This document shows, piece after piece, positions 19,732 to 31,389 of a stretch of DNA of 64,000 nt. Numbering within the stretch: position 1 is the stretch's first letter; every line of letters starts with the position of its first letter. The translations under genes were made by a program, and so were the position numbers. This stretch comes from Bacteroidota bacterium. Lineage in GTDB: Bacteria; Bacteroidota; Bacteroidia; AKYH767-A; OLB10. The stretch is taken from the NCBI GenBank assembly GCA_031421935.1, contig JANOPQ010000074.1, forward strand, positions 8,296 to 72,295, in the 5' to 3' direction. Under the pieces are notes generated by a model. It was not told where the DNA came from and did no database searches. It worked only from the letters and a program-made list of their open reading frames with translations.

Positions 19732-20559
19732 TTACTTCCAAAGATTTTTCTGCTCGAGCTTAATCTTTCCTTTGAAGAATATTTTTGTGCTCTGTTCAAA
19801 AGAAGCAGTATAATCTGAAATATAGAAGAAGTGTTTTTTTGCTTTCTTAGAATTTAGCAAATGCTTTTTATCTAAAACATCTTTCACATGTTGAGCCACG
19901 ATGCTTGCTGAATCAAAAATGGTGATACGTCCTTTGTAATATTGCTCTATCTCCGGACGAATTAAAGGGTAGTGTGTACAACCTAAAATTAGGCTGTCAA
20001 TTTTCTTAAGTTTGGCACGAGAAAGATAATCGTTGATAATGGTTTTGGAAATTTTATTATTGAAAAATCCTTCTTCTATCATTGGAGCTAATAAGGGAGT
20101 TGCCAAGGAAGTGACTGCTACCTTTTTTGATTTAGCTATTATTTTTTTTGGATAAACATCCGACTTCACTGTCGCTTTCGTTCCAATAATTCCAACATGT
20201 TTTGATGAAGTTTCATCGCAAACAAAATTTACTACAGGATCAATTACATTAATCACAATGGCTTTCTTTCCTACATGCTTTTTCACTTCATCAAAGGCTA
20301 CCGACGAAATGCTGTTGCAAGCGATCACAATGGCTTTACAATTATACTTAATAAGGAAGTCGGCAATCACCACCGACCACTTTTTAATCGCTTCTGGCGA
20401 CTTATCTCCATAGGGAAGATGCGCAGTGTCGCCAAAATAAATTAACGACTCATTGGGCATGAGTTTATGGATGGCATTAGCAACCGTTAGGCCACCAATT
20501 CCCGAATCAAAAATTCCGAGTGGACGAGAAGCTTCTGAAGGATGTTTAGGCATAGTCAA
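19732..20559 (-). CDS. murI: Glutamate racemase
   Basis: 275-aa ORF with GIFDSGIGGLTV, the two catalytic Cys contexts (IACNS, LGCTHYP) and a YFGDTAHLPYG motif. Confidence 0.95.
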   Translation of the reverse strand: MTMPKHPSEASRPLGIFDSGIGGLTVANAIHKLMPNESLIYFGDTAHLPYGDKSPEAIKKWSVVIADFLIKYNCKAIVIACNSISSVAFDEVKKHVGKKAIVINVIDPVVNFVCDETSSKHVGIIGTKATVKSDVYPKKIIAKSKKVAVTSLATPLLAPMIEEGFFNNKISKTIINDYLSRAKLKKIDSLILGCTHYPLIRPEIEQYYKGRITIFDSASIVAQHVKDVLDKKHLLNSKKAKKHFFYISDYTASFEQSTKIFFKGKIKLEQKNLWK

Positions 20560-20630
20560 AAGTAAAAATTATTTGCTAAAATATAGACGATTATACAATT
20601 CCTTTTTTCATGGCTTATTCAGTATTCAAT

Positions 20631-20664
20631 AAAAAAGTCCATGGAATGTTCCATGGACTTTTTT
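20631..20664. terminator. Strong hairpin terminator downstream of skp (minus-strand transcript); symmetric A/T flanks
   Basis: aaaaaaGTCCATGGaatgttCCATGGACtttttt: perfect stem flanked by an A-run and a T-run, between the skp stop (20683) and the murI start (20559). Confidence 0.7.
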
Positions 20665-20682
20665 AAATTTTGAATAGATAGC

Positions 20683-21195
20683 TTATTTCAATCCCAACTT
20701 TGTTTTCACCATCGGCATTACATCATCCGAATCCTGAGCATATAACAAGGTTCCTGCGCTTGCGTCAAAAATGTAAGAGAACTTATTCTCTTTAGCTACC
20801 GAGTTAATAGCTTCTTCTGCTTTTTTCAAGATCGGAGTATACAACTCTTCTTTCTTTTTTTGCATTGAGCTTTGTGCCGACTCTTGAAACGATTGAATGC
20901 GCTCTTCAAGATCACTGATCTCTTTTAATTTCGCATCACGAATAGGATCCGCCATAGCTGCTTCTTTCGATTTGAAATCAGTGATTTTTCCCTGATATTC
21001 CGCCGTCATGGTTTTTAATTGATTCTCTAAGGAGGCTCCAAATTTTTGCAATGTGGAATCTGCTAATTTGGTTTCTGGCATTAAACTAATCAACTGCGTT
21101 GAATTAATATGTCCAAATTTTAGAGTGGATTGAGCTTGAGTTTGTACAGCAAAACTCAATAGAATGCCAAAACAAATGGCAACGATTCTTGTCAT
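20683..21195 (-). CDS. OmpH/Skp-family periplasmic chaperone
   Basis: 170-aa ORF with a signal peptide and a coiled-coil-rich body. Lies downstream of bamA, as is usual for skp. Confidence 0.85.
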   Translation of the reverse strand: MTRIVAICFGILLSFAVQTQAQSTLKFGHINSTQLISLMPETKLADSTLQKFGASLENQLKTMTAEYQGKITDFKSKEAAMADPIRDAKLKEISDLEERIQSFQESAQSSMQKKKEELYTPILKKAEEAINSVAKENKFSYIFDASAGTLLYAQDSDDVMPMVKTKLGLK

Positions 21196-21233
21196 GATAA
21201 TAGATTTATTAATTTATGTGTTTTTAGTTTTTA

Positions 21234-21857
21234 TTATTTACGTTCTTCTGATCCACCACCTTTTCCTTCGGTTGGAGTACTAGAAGGACTTCCTCCCTCT
21301 TTACTGGTACCACCTTTCGCTTCGCCACCTTTTGTTCCGGATTTATATCCCATTGATTCTAAGATGTCGTCACTTTTATCGTATTTAGGGTTGGTGTAAA
21401 GCATTACTAAATCGCCCGACTTATCAAAAATCACTGCGAAACTTTGATCAGTAGCCATTTTCTTAACGGCATTGAAAATTTTATCTTGAATTGGTTTGAT
21501 TAACTCTTGTTTCTTTTTGAATAACTCACCTTCGTAACCAAACTTTTGCTTTTGATATTCTTTCACCTCTTTTTCTTTGTTCGTGATTTCTTGTTCACGC
21601 TTACGACGCATTTCTTCGGTTAAAAGAATTTGCTCTGCTTGATAGTCTTTGTATAGCTTATCAATCACCGTATATTTTGATTCAATGTCTTTTTGCCATG
21701 AAATACTGAGTTGATCTAGTTGTTGGTTGGCAGCTTTGTATTCAGAAATATTATCTAAAATATATTGTGAATCGATATACGCATATTTCTGTGCGAAAAT
21801 GGAAGGACTAGCAAACATTCCAATAAAGAATGTACATGCAATGATTAGCTTTTTCAT
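21234..21857 (-). CDS. OmpH/Skp-family periplasmic chaperone (second copy, Gly/Ser/Lys-rich C-terminal tail)
   Basis: 207-aa ORF with a signal peptide and coiled-coil body. Tail reads ..GTKGGEAKGGTSKEGGSPSSTPTEGKGGGSEERK. Confidence 0.85.
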   Translation of the reverse strand: MKKLIIACTFFIGMFASPSIFAQKYAYIDSQYILDNISEYKAANQQLDQLSISWQKDIESKYTVIDKLYKDYQAEQILLTEEMRRKREQEITNKEKEVKEYQKQKFGYEGELFKKKQELIKPIQDKIFNAVKKMATDQSFAVIFDKSGDLVMLYTNPKYDKSDDILESMGYKSGTKGGEAKGGTSKEGGSPSSTPTEGKGGGSEERK

Positions 21858-22089
21858 AAGTCTTGGGATTTTTTAGTATCCGTCTTTTGCAAATTATCGT
21901 GCCAAATTTACCTCTTTTTATCGTAGTTACCAAAGATACTCGATGGTTATACTCAAGGTAAAGCGTTGTTGGTCAAATTTTTGATCCTGAGTTTAATCTT
22001 AATTATTACAAATTTTGACGAAACTCCTTCAAATTCTTTATGCTTTCTTCACCTAAAAGGAAGTAATCAAAAGAAAACTGCTTATTTTT

Positions 22090-24597
22090 TTAGAACTGCT
22101 GTCCAATAGTGAAATGGAATTGACCTTTGTTCACACCTGGATTTCCTTCAATTTCATCAAATCCATATCCCCAATCCAGACCTAATAATCCGAACATAGG
22201 AAGGAAAATTCTTACTCCAACACCCGCTGAACGTTTTAGATTTAATGGGTTGAAATTTCTTGTTCCTAACCAATTGTTTCCAGCTTCTAAGAACGCTAAG
22301 GTGTATATGGTAGCAGATGGGTTTAGCGAAACCGGGAATCGCAACTCGAACGTGTTTTTGTTATAAGCAGTTCCACCTACTGTGCTTCCATTAATACGAG
22401 GAGTTACTGTATTGTTATTATAACCACGTAGCGCAATAATTTCACGTCCATCTAAGGCAAATCCTGAAAGACCATCTCCCCCTAAGTAGAAACGTTCGAA
22501 GGGTGATTGTCCAATATCTTTATTGTAATATCCTAATATTCCAATTTGTGTTCTGGAGAATAATACAAATTTTGTCCCTAAGCTTTTATACCATGATCCA
22601 CTAAATTTCCATTTGTGATATTCGATCCATTTGTATTTTTCTTTAGCACTAGCAGTTGCATAGTCAGTACCTTTATCAAGTAAACTAAATGGCGGTGTTA
22701 ATTGCAAAGTGAATGATAGTTGCGAGCCACTACGAATCCAAATAAATCCATCTACCGAATTTCGTGAAAATGTTTGTTCGAAGTTTAAGTTGTTCGAGTA
22801 TCCATCACTGAATAAAAAAGTCCCAGCCCAATTGTCTAAAGAGTAACGTTGAAACGTTAATTCATTATATGATTGGAAGAAATCATCTGGCCATTTTAAT
22901 CGTTTTCCTAATCCAATAGAGGCACCACTAATTTTTAATACAGAACGATCATCATTTCCTTTTGGTAATCCATCCGTTTGTATCGAGTGAAATACAGAAA
23001 CACTTAATGAGTTTGGTTTTTTACCACCTAACCACGGTTCAGTGAAAGAGGCATTGTAACTTTGGAAGAATCTGCCATTCGATTGAAAACGGATACTCAG
23101 TTTTTGTCCGTCGCCAGTTGGTAATGGAGACCAAGTTCCTTTTTTCGCAATATTTCTTGCAGAGAAATTATTAAACGATATTCCTAAAGTTCCTACCACA
23201 CCTGCACCACCACCCCAACCTCCTGATAATTCAAGTTGATCGGAAGGACGTTCTTCAACGATGTATTCAATATCCACGGTGCCATCAGCAGCATTTGGAC
23301 GAGGCGTAACATTTAATTTCTCTTGATCAAAATAACCTAGCTGTGCTAATACTTGTTGCGTTCGAATAATATCAGAACGATTAAATAACTGCCCCGGTTT
23401 CGTGCGAATCTCTCGCATGATTACTTTGTCATTGGTTTTTGAATTTCCCTTTACAGTAACACGATTCACAGTGGCTTGTTTACCTTCATAAATGCGCATT
23501 TCAATATCGATGGAATCATTCTCAACTAATATCTCTACGGGAGTAACTTGAAAAAATAAATATCCATCATCCATATACAATGAACTGATGTCACGACTGC
23601 TTTGACTAATGAATAAGCCTTCGTCTAATTTCGCTTGACTAAAAATATCACCTTTCTTAATTCCTAACATTTGATCGAGTTGGGAAGTTGGATACTTTGT
23701 ATTTCCGATCCAAGTTATATTTCTAAAATAATACTTTGGACCTTCATCAATCCACACATCAATATTTACCGTACGATCACTGAATTTATATACACTGTCT
23801 TTCGAAATAGAAACATCTCTAAATCCTTTTGCAGCATAGGTAGCAACTACTTTTTCTTTATCCTTTTCATAGGCTTCTTCGCTGAACTTGGATGAGCTAA
23901 AAATTTTATACCAGCCTTTTTCTTTGCTGCCCTTCATTTTCCTTCTCAGTTTCTTCGATTCAAATTGAGTATTTCCATGAAAAGTTACTTTGTTGATCTT
24001 TACTCTTTTTTTATTGGAGACAGTTATGCGCATCAACTCTTGATTAGGTCCGCCGATGGTATCTTTTTCAGTCGTAATAGTGGTTTCAACAAACAAAAAT
24101 CCTTTTTCTACATAATAGTCTTTAACTTGATTTTTTGTAATCTGAATTAAATTTTCGGTGATTACTTTTCCTTTTACAAGTTGAAGTTTGTCGCGTAATT
24201 TATCAGCTTCATTCTTGCTAATTCCGCTAAAAGCAAATTTGGAAAGTCGAGGACGTTCGCTTAATTCAAAATTTAAAAAAATACGATCGCCATTAATTTT
24301 AGTAGCGGTTACTTTAATATCAGAAAGTAATCCTTGTTTCCAAAGATTTTCAATGGCAGTAGCAATTTTATCTCCTGGAATTTTGAATCGTTCTCCAATA
24401 TTCAATCCGGTCAAAGTAATCAAAACGCCTTCGTCTAAATAGCGAATACCACTTATCGTGATACCGCCTAATTCATATTCTTTCGGTTGAGCAAAATTAA
24501 TTTGCTGATCATCTGATCCAATGGATTCAACCTGTGCGTAGGAAGTATTCGCAAAGAAAGTGAAGATGGAAATTAGGAGTACTATTATTCTACGCAT
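22090..24597 (-). CDS. bamA: Outer-membrane protein assembly factor BamA
   Basis: 835-aa ORF with a signal peptide, POTRA repeats and an Omp85 barrel ending ..[11 protein letters not shown]. The uppS-bamA-skp context supports the call. Confidence 0.95.
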   Translation of the reverse strand: MRRIIVLLISIFTFFANTSYAQVESIGSDDQQINFAQPKEYELGGITISGIRYLDEGVLITLTGLNIGERFKIPGDKIATAIENLWKQGLLSDIKVTATKINGDRIFLNFELSERPRLSKFAFSGISKNEADKLRDKLQLVKGKVITENLIQITKNQVKDYYVEKGFLFVETTITTEKDTIGGPNQELMRITVSNKKRVKINKVTFHGNTQFESKKLRRKMKGSKEKGWYKIFSSSKFSEEAYEKDKEKVVATYAAKGFRDVSISKDSVYKFSDRTVNIDVWIDEGPKYYFRNITWIGNTKYPTSQLDQMLGIKKGDIFSQAKLDEGLFISQSSRDISSLYMDDGYLFFQVTPVEILVENDSIDIEMRIYEGKQATVNRVTVKGNSKTNDKVIMREIRTKPGQLFNRSDIIRTQQVLAQLGYFDQEKLNVTPRPNAADGTVDIEYIVEERPSDQLELSGGWGGGAGVVGTLGISFNNFSARNIAKKGTWSPLPTGDGQKLSIRFQSNGRFFQSYNASFTEPWLGGKKPNSLSVSVFHSIQTDGLPKGNDDRSVLKISGASIGLGKRLKWPDDFFQSYNELTFQRYSLDNWAGTFLFSDGYSNNLNFEQTFSRNSVDGFIWIRSGSQLSFTLQLTPPFSLLDKGTDYATASAKEKYKWIEYHKWKFSGSWYKSLGTKFVLFSRTQIGILGYYNKDIGQSPFERFYLGGDGLSGFALDGREIIALRGYNNNTVTPRINGSTVGGTAYNKNTFELRFPVSLNPSATIYTLAFLEAGNNWLGTRNFNPLNLKRSAGVGVRIFLPMFGLLGLDWGYGFDEIEGNPGVNKGQFHFTIGQQF

Positions 24598-25387
24598 GTT
24601 CAGATTTCAGTTGTTCTGATGTTTTTCCAAAGCGACGTTCACGTTGTTGGAAGTCGATAATGGCTTTATAAAAATCTTCACGACGAAAATCTGGCCATAA
24701 CTTTTCTGTAAAGTATAGTTCAGCATAGGCGATTTGCCATAATAAGTAATTACTGATTCTAGACTCACCACTCGTACGAATTAATAATTCGGGGTCGGGC
24801 CAGGCTGCAGTGTTCAGGTGATTGCTTATTAATTCTTCGTTGATATTTTTTGGATCTATTTCTCCTGCTTTCACTTTTTCAGCGATTTTTTGCATCGCAT
24901 CAGTGATTTCCCAGCGCGAGCTATAGCTCAACGCCAGTACTAAGGTCATTCGTGTATTGTTAGCTGTTTTGTCAATACATTTTTTCAAATTCGCAGCTAC
25001 TTTGGCGGGTAGACTATCCGTATTGCCAATGGTTGCTAAGCGAATGTTGTTCTCCATCAACTTCGGTGTCTCCTTCGTGATGGTTTGAACCAAAAGATGC
25101 ATTAAAGCGTCAATTTCTATCTTTGGACGATTCCAGTTTTCGGTACTAAAAGCATAAACGGTTAGCACTTCAATCCCTAGTTCGGCAGCTCCTTCAACGG
25201 TATCGCGTACGGCGAGTACACCATTTTGGTGACCGAAAATGCGCATTTTCCCCTGCTGTTTCGCCCATCTTCCATTGCCATCCATAATAATGGCGACATG
25301 TCGCGGTAAACGGTGAATATCTATCTGCTCTTTTAGTGACATATTTCGGCTCGCAAATGTAGTAAATGCATTGGCCTTCTCGTGCAT
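24590..25387 (-). CDS. uppS: Isoprenyl transferase (undecaprenyl-diphosphate synthase)
   Basis: 265-aa ORF with [13 protein letters not shown], a FSTENW motif and the ..RTSGE.RISN.LLWQ region. The true start may be the internal MSLKEQ. The stop overlaps the bamA start by 8 nt. Confidence 0.92.
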   Translation of the reverse strand: MHEKANAFTTFASRNMSLKEQIDIHRLPRHVAIIMDGNGRWAKQQGKMRIFGHQNGVLAVRDTVEGAAELGIEVLTVYAFSTENWNRPKIEIDALMHLLVQTITKETPKLMENNIRLATIGNTDSLPAKVAANLKKCIDKTANNTRMTLVLALSYSSRWEITDAMQKIAEKVKAGEIDPKNINEELISNHLNTAAWPDPELLIRTSGESRISNYLLWQIAYAELYFTEKLWPDFRREDFYKAIIDFQQRERRFGKTSEQLKSEHA

Positions 25388-25416
25388 TTAAAAAGATTAA
25401 CTTGACGTTAACGTAT

Positions 25417-26313
25417 TTACCAGAGTTTTATGCGAAACGGCTGGCATGCATCGATGTATTTCTTACTCAGTGTATAGGTTAATTGTACCCCCGTAAAAAC
25501 ATAAAAATCACGTCGCTGTGTATCGCCACGTTGTCGGCCAATATTTCCACCAGGTGCTTGATTGAGCGATCGATCACTTAAGAGCGCTGCTGTTTTTCCA
25601 TATTCTTCTAAAATGGATTTTGGGTCTGCATACACAGTACTCACATCGTCTAAATAATCGGTATAGGTTTGTCTTACTCCCGACTCTAGCGTTAATCCAA
25701 ATCGACGTCCGATTTTAAATTTAAAGCCTCCACCAAAAGTGAATGCTAAATTCGTCCGCTTGTATAGATTTTTATTAGAAGCATCCGTTCCCTGACCTTC
25801 AGTACCTAGTGGCTGTAATTCTATCCAATCGTCGTTAATTTTTGTTTTAGGGTTAAAATGAAAAACAGATAATCCACAGAGTAAATAGGGGCTAAAAGTT
25901 GAATTTGGATTAGCCGTTTGGTAAGGGAAAAAATTAAATTCAAACTGTCCAGATAATTCAATAATATGTGATCTGAAATTCAAATTTCTGTTTTGGCTGT
26001 AGAAGTCATCGGCCTTACTATCATCGGCTTTCACATGCCCATATAATAAGCCAGCTTTGAATGCCCAATGATTACTATATGAACGACGGTAAATTGCGCT
26101 GATACCTGGTTCTAAAAAACGAGTATCATACATCGTTTTATCCAAATCTCCTCTGTAGCCCATCACTCCAATCATAATTCCAAGCTCTCTTGATTGAGAA
26201 TTAGAAATGAAAGGGAACGCCAGTATAATAAGGAAGAGGGAGACTATTGGCCTCATTTTGTTTTTCAAAACGTGAATTTGATTTGAGTATTGTTGAGGTT
26301 TTTCATTCAACAA
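25417..26313 (-). CDS. Outer-membrane beta-barrel protein, DUF6089-like
   Basis: 298-aa ORF. The likely real start is the Met at 26256 (MRPIVSLFLIILAFPFISNSQS signal peptide). Contains FHFNP, LGTEGQG and TDYLDD motifs and ends with W. Confidence 0.8.
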   Translation of the reverse strand: MLNEKPQQYSNQIHVLKNKMRPIVSLFLIILAFPFISNSQSRELGIMIGVMGYRGDLDKTMYDTRFLEPGISAIYRRSYSNHWAFKAGLLYGHVKADDSKADDFYSQNRNLNFRSHIIELSGQFEFNFFPYQTANPNSTFSPYLLCGLSVFHFNPKTKINDDWIELQPLGTEGQGTDASNKNLYKRTNLAFTFGGGFKFKIGRRFGLTLESGVRQTYTDYLDDVSTVYADPKSILEEYGKTAALLSDRSLNQAPGGNIGRQRGDTQRRDFYVFTGVQLTYTLSKKYIDACQPFRIKLW

Positions 26314-26332
26314 ACAGTACTACTCCGTAATT

Positions 26333-27235
26333 TTAGAATATTGGGAAGTTAGTACGACCAGTACGAATTTTATAATGTAAACTGATGATCGCAAACATAT
26401 AAGCATCCTTATCACGAGGATCTCCACGTTGCTGACCTACTGCAGTAGATTCAGCAAAAGGATTGGGATTTGAAAAATACTCTGCAATAGGACCATTGGC
26501 TTGATTAATAGCTACTGGATCATAATAAGTTTTACTTACATCATCAATATAATCTGTAAATGTTTTTCTAAGTCCGAATTCAAATCCAACACCCCAACGA
26601 CGGTTGAAGAAATAACGACCACCTATACCAAATGGGATACAGATTTGAGTTCTTTTATATTTATCACGAGCAGGTGAAATTCCTTGTCCTTCGGTTCCTA
26701 AAGGTTGAAGATTGTACCATTTGTCGTTGAATTCGCCTTTTGGATTAAAGTGAAAAACACCAATACCAACGAATCCATAAAGCGAACCTTCAAATGAATT
26801 GGAGCGACGAACTCCTCTCAAACGATAAATTCCACCTTCTTTTTGACTGAGAAGAGCAGCTTCAAAATTCACATTGAATTCGTAAATATCCGATTTGAAA
26901 TTTAAACCCCTCGTGCTTCTAAAATACTCCTTGGTTAGTTGATCATCTCCTTTCACGTGGCCATAAGTAAGATGTGAGTGAATGGATAATGCAGGACTTA
27001 ATTTGTAACGCAACCCAACAGTAAGTGCTGGTCGAGTTAAACTTAACTCTAAATCCTTGAAACCATTGGTTCCAATAGCATTTGCACCTCCTAGATCTCC
27101 TAAGAAATTACTTGCTCCAACACCAAAGCTCCATTCGTAACGATATGCTTTCCAACGTGCACGCAATCTTTGAGCTTCGCTCATAGAGCTAAACAGAATC
27201 AGGAACGTAAAGCAAAGTAGTATATGTTTCTTCAT
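26333..27235 (-). CDS. Outer-membrane beta-barrel protein, DUF6089-like
   Basis: 300-aa ORF with signal peptide ..LFSSMSEAQ and FHFNP, LGTEGQG and TDYIDD motifs. Ends with F. Confidence 0.8.
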   Translation of the reverse strand: MKKHILLCFTFLILFSSMSEAQRLRARWKAYRYEWSFGVGASNFLGDLGGANAIGTNGFKDLELSLTRPALTVGLRYKLSPALSIHSHLTYGHVKGDDQLTKEYFRSTRGLNFKSDIYEFNVNFEAALLSQKEGGIYRLRGVRRSNSFEGSLYGFVGIGVFHFNPKGEFNDKWYNLQPLGTEGQGISPARDKYKRTQICIPFGIGGRYFFNRRWGVGFEFGLRKTFTDYIDDVSKTYYDPVAINQANGPIAEYFSNPNPFAESTAVGQQRGDPRDKDAYMFAIISLHYKIRTGRTNFPIF

Positions 27236-27317
27236 ATGAATTTTTCAAGGCCTTTGCACAAAAGTAATATTTTCCACTAAATAATTAGATGTAATTATTC
27301 ACGTTTTGGCGAGTAGA

Positions 27318-28196
27318 TTAGTTTCTGGTGTCGAGACCCCAGTTTAGTTTTTTTCGAAGTGTGTTTAAGAAGTTGGTACTACCTAGTCGAACTAGGCTCA
27401 TGGTGAAGTCTTCTCTTCTGACTGCCAATGAGATAGCAGAATCGATGGTGACCGATCGAGAATCTAATGAAGCCAAAAAGTACTGACTTCGACCTTCGAC
27501 CTCCAATGAGATAACATTTTTATCAGATACCACAATTGGGCGAACATTGAGGTTGTGAGGGGCGATGGGGGTAATTACAAAGTTACCAGAATAAGGAGCA
27601 ACGATGGGTCCGCCACAGCTTAAAGAATATCCAGTCGATCCAGTTGGTGTAGCAATGATGAGCCCATCTGCCCAATAAGAATTTAAATATTCACCATTCA
27701 GGTAGGTATTGATGGTGATCATGCTTGAACTGTCCTTTTTGTGGATGGTCAATTCGTTGAGAGCATAATTCACTCCTCCAAACAAATTTCGGTTCGATTC
27801 TAATCTCAATAAGCTTCTTTTATCGATGGTGTAATGTCCTTTCATTAAAGCTTCGAGTGCTCCTGAAATATCTTCAGTACCCACACCCGTTAAAAAGCCT
27901 AATCGTCCTAAGTTAATTCCCATCACCGGAATATTACTGTCTTGAACTAAGGTTAATGTATCCAAAATAGTCCCATCTCCCCCTAAACTTAATAGGAAGT
28001 CAATTTGTCCTCTTATTTCAGAGCCAGAATTAAAAGGAATGTTGGGTGGAATATCGCTTCCCAAGGGTTTAATCCGATGCAAAAAAGGTTGATAAATATA
28101 AAGTTCGCACTGATGCCTTTGTAATTCCTTTAATAATTCTCGAATCAACGGAAAATTTTCTGTGTCGACTTGGCGAGCATACAATGCTATCTTCAT
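27318..28196 (-). CDS. nadK: NAD+ kinase
   Basis: 292-aa ORF with GGDGT, the region with NE..I and the TPTGSTGYSLS motif. Confidence 0.92.
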   Translation of the reverse strand: MKIALYARQVDTENFPLIRELLKELQRHQCELYIYQPFLHRIKPLGSDIPPNIPFNSGSEIRGQIDFLLSLGGDGTILDTLTLVQDSNIPVMGINLGRLGFLTGVGTEDISGALEALMKGHYTIDKRSLLRLESNRNLFGGVNYALNELTIHKKDSSSMITINTYLNGEYLNSYWADGLIIATPTGSTGYSLSCGGPIVAPYSGNFVITPIAPHNLNVRPIVVSDKNVISLEVEGRSQYFLASLDSRSVTIDSAISLAVRREDFTMSLVRLGSTNFLNTLRKKLNWGLDTRN

Positions 28197-28352
28197 TGAT
28201 ACGAAAATAGGTAGGATTTTTATATTAATGAAGGGAATTGTGAAATTGGTAGATTGGCAAATTAAAAATTGTTGAAAAATGTATGGTAGGAAACTGATTT
28301 ACGAGAACTTCTGAAGTTTTATTTTTTCTTAATAGCAGATTGAAAGGTCTAT

Positions 28353-29765
28353 CTAAAAAACCGCTCCCACTCTAAAATACAAACCCGTATCACCAATTTT
28401 ATTGAGTGCATATTCAAAGCGCAGAACGATATCGTAATAAGTGATGAAATCTAAACAGAGTCCATAACCCATCTGCCATTCATTGCTTAAAGAATTTCTG
28501 TACCCAAATTGTTTGTCGCTCACGTATCCTGCATCAAAAAAAGCATTTAGGTAAGCGGAGATGGGAAACTTTTTAAATTTTTCGGATTTTAAAAAAGAGA
28601 ACTGATATATTTTTACAGGAATTAAATTGTATTTGAGGTTCGAGCGGAAAAGTGCGAAATCTTGTCCGTTGAGCACGTATAAATCATAACCTCTGATGTA
28701 ATCAAATCCATAACCTAAAGCACGTTGATTAAAAAACGGTCCGCCTTCACGTTGCATGATTCTACCTTTGAGTGCTACTGAAGTAAACCATCTTTTTGAT
28801 AAGGGTAAATATTTTCGCACACCCATCGAAATGGCAATTAAATCTGGTTCGTTTTTTAAAAATTTCAATCCCACTTTGCTTACTTCTAGCTCGTATAAAT
28901 AACCATTTAATGCATACGGTTGGTAATCGCGCGTGTCGTGACGATAGCTCCATGTTAATGCTAAATGCTGTTGTTTTGTAGACCCATCAACAAAATATTT
29001 ATCGTTCAATTTTAGAATGGTATCTTCAACAGATGAAATGCGGTAATCAAGTGTTGTATTATAATAATCATATAAACCTTGTCGTTTGGTTAAACGAACA
29101 TAAGCTTGCATTTCTTTTCTTAAAAAATTATCGGGATCTTTAAAAAATTGAATTTTATTGTTGAGTGTATTGTAGGCAACTTCTTTTACACTGGTTACAT
29201 AAAACCCAGCGCTGAGACCTACATTTAATTTTTTGTTGATGTAGGGAATCGTATAAAAAATTCCAAATCGTTTTGTGTAACCAAAGAGCATTTGCAATTG
29301 TGCAATATCATCTCTTCCAGTTAAATTTTCTTGTCGCAAAAACATTCCGTAATTGGTCCGACTAAAATCTTTCGTTTGCCACCACTCACTAATATTTCGA
29401 TCGGCAATTTCAAAAACAGGAGATGGCCAGAGATACCATCTTTCAATAAGATTAATATGTACAACTACGGTATTTCCCAATCCTTGGAAGTAGCGAATCT
29501 CCACAAAATTGAAGAGCGCGGTATTCATTAAATTTTGTCGGGTGCGTTCAATAGCCGATTCAAGAATGTAGGGAGCCAATGTATCGCCTTTTTGAAAAGT
29601 AAGTTCGCGTTGAACAATATAAGAACGGGTCTTTTTATTTCCCGTAATAATAATTTGATCGATGATGGAAGTTTGGAGAGTAAGACTATCGCTTAAAACT
29701 TGTGCATGAAGATGGGGTGCATACATCAGCAGTAAGAGCAAGAGAATCCTTAGTTTCATTGTCAC
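28353..29765 (-). CDS. Omp85-family outer-membrane protein (single POTRA-like domain + barrel)
   Basis: 470-aa ORF with a signal peptide and a POTRA-like segment IDQIIITGNKKTRSYIVQRELTFQKGD. The barrel ends ..GLYFRVGAVF. Confidence 0.75.
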   Translation of the reverse strand: MTMKLRILLLLLLMYAPHLHAQVLSDSLTLQTSIIDQIIITGNKKTRSYIVQRELTFQKGDTLAPYILESAIERTRQNLMNTALFNFVEIRYFQGLGNTVVVHINLIERWYLWPSPVFEIADRNISEWWQTKDFSRTNYGMFLRQENLTGRDDIAQLQMLFGYTKRFGIFYTIPYINKKLNVGLSAGFYVTSVKEVAYNTLNNKIQFFKDPDNFLRKEMQAYVRLTKRQGLYDYYNTTLDYRISSVEDTILKLNDKYFVDGSTKQQHLALTWSYRHDTRDYQPYALNGYLYELEVSKVGLKFLKNEPDLIAISMGVRKYLPLSKRWFTSVALKGRIMQREGGPFFNQRALGYGFDYIRGYDLYVLNGQDFALFRSNLKYNLIPVKIYQFSFLKSEKFKKFPISAYLNAFFDAGYVSDKQFGYRNSLSNEWQMGYGLCLDFITYYDIVLRFEYALNKIGDTGLYFRVGAVF

Positions 29766-29818
29766 GAAGAAAATGATTTAAACAGTTCCGATGCTTAGCT
29801 GATCGAAAAAGTATCCAC

Positions 29819-30550
29819 TTAGATATTAAGATAATTCATCAGCGATTCGAATCGATTTTTTAAATCTTCAGAATGTTCGCTTTGATGGTAGGAAGCTACA
29901 ATATGATAATCGAGACGATAAAAGGCAGCTAACATACGGCTTAAATCAACTTTATCAACTTTCAACGTTAATTCAATTTTTGAAGGATCGTTAGCGGTAG
30001 TCACGTTAGCACTTAGAATATGGGCATCGTCCGACTCAACAATTTGTGCAATATGCGACATTGAATAGTCAGATAAAGCTAATTCAATAACGATAATGCC
30101 GCCGGGAGTATAAACTGATTGGCTAGCGGCGAAATAGGAAACAAGGTCGTTCACCGTAACCAAACCTAAGTAATCATTCTCTGTAGTTAATACAGGAACA
30201 AGATCTAGTTTGTGGAGAGAAGCAACTTTTGTTAAATCATAAACGTGTTGATTATCATAAACGAAAACTTTATGATACTTTATGTTAGCATCTACGAGGC
30301 TAAGATTAGCTAAAGCAGGATTATTTACGTCTAATTTATAAACAAGACCTAAATATTCGCGGCCTTTAATTACAGGTAAAGCATTGACTCTTAACTCTTC
30401 CATCCAAGTTACTGCGCGTTTACAAGAATCGCCAGGCTTTAGAGGAGGTACATTATCAGATATTAATCGAGCAGCGAACATGCTTAAGTTTTCTGATGTA
30501 ACGGTTTCTGTGTCTTTCAAGTTCGGCGCAAACATAAGAAGATCTTTCAT
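29819..30550 (-). CDS. CBS-domain protein
   Basis: 243-aa ORF with two CBS-like units (..LPVIKGREYLGLVYKLDV.., ..LVPVLTTENDYLGLVTVNDLV..). Confidence 0.7.
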   Translation of the reverse strand: MKDLLMFAPNLKDTETVTSENLSMFAARLISDNVPPLKPGDSCKRAVTWMEELRVNALPVIKGREYLGLVYKLDVNNPALANLSLVDANIKYHKVFVYDNQHVYDLTKVASLHKLDLVPVLTTENDYLGLVTVNDLVSYFAASQSVYTPGGIIVIELALSDYSMSHIAQIVESDDAHILSANVTTANDPSKIELTLKVDKVDLSRMLAAFYRLDYHIVASYHQSEHSEDLKNRFESLMNYLNI

Positions 30551-30675
30551 TTTATTTTCGTTTTATGTACCCATCTGGATGAATAAACAAAATATTGAGG
30601 AGTTTAGTTCATCCATTACAAAAGACCGTGCCGAAACTACAGAATTTGCTTAGAACTTATTAATCTTGCAGGGTC

Positions 30676-31389
30676 GTGACGAAGCTAAGTGTAAATATTA
30701 ACAAAATCGCTACTCTGCGGAATGCAAGAGGAGGGAATATGCCTGATTTAATAAAGGCTGCCATTGATATTCAAAATTTTGGTGCCGATGGGATTACGAT
30801 CCATCCAAGACCCGACGAAAGACATATTCGATATCAAGATGTATATGACTTGAAAAAGGTCATTACAACAGAGTATAACATTGAAGGCTATCCTTCTATG
30901 GATTTTATGAAGTTGGTGGATGATGTTCGACCCGAGCAAGTAACTTTAGTTCCCGACCCTCCCGGTGTGTTAACAAGTAATGCAGGATGGGACATGATTA
31001 CAAATGCTTCTTTCTTGAAAGATGTCGTTTCCTATTTTAAATCCATCAATTGTAGAGTCAGTTTATTTGTGGATCCAAGTCCGATGATGGTGGAGGCAGC
31101 ATGTCATACTGGCACAGATAGAATCGAATTATATACCGAAGCGTATGCGAGTGGCTTTGCCGAAGATCCATCTGAAGCCATACGTTCTTATATAGAAGCC
31201 GCGCAAAAAGCAAATGAAGTTGGGTTAGGAATCAACGCCGGACATGACTTAAATCTCGAAAACCTTGCATATTTCAGAAGGATGGTCCCAAACCTCTTAG
31301 AAGTAAGTATTGGACATGCTCTGATTAGTGATGCTTTGTATATTGGGTTAGAGGAGACAGTAGGTTTATATAAGATTCAGTTACTATAA
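30676..31389 (+). CDS. pdxJ: Pyridoxine 5'-phosphate synthase
   Basis: 237-aa ORF with a GTG start. Contains KLSVNINKIATLRNARGG, ITIHPRPDERHI and NAGHDLN motifs. Confidence 0.95.
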   Translation: MTKLSVNINKIATLRNARGGNMPDLIKAAIDIQNFGADGITIHPRPDERHIRYQDVYDLKKVITTEYNIEGYPSMDFMKLVDDVRPEQVTLVPDPPGVLTSNAGWDMITNASFLKDVVSYFKSINCRVSLFVDPSPMMVEAACHTGTDRIELYTEAYASGFAEDPSEAIRSYIEAAQKANEVGLGINAGHDLNLENLAYFRRMVPNLLEVSIGHALISDALYIGLEETVGLYKIQLL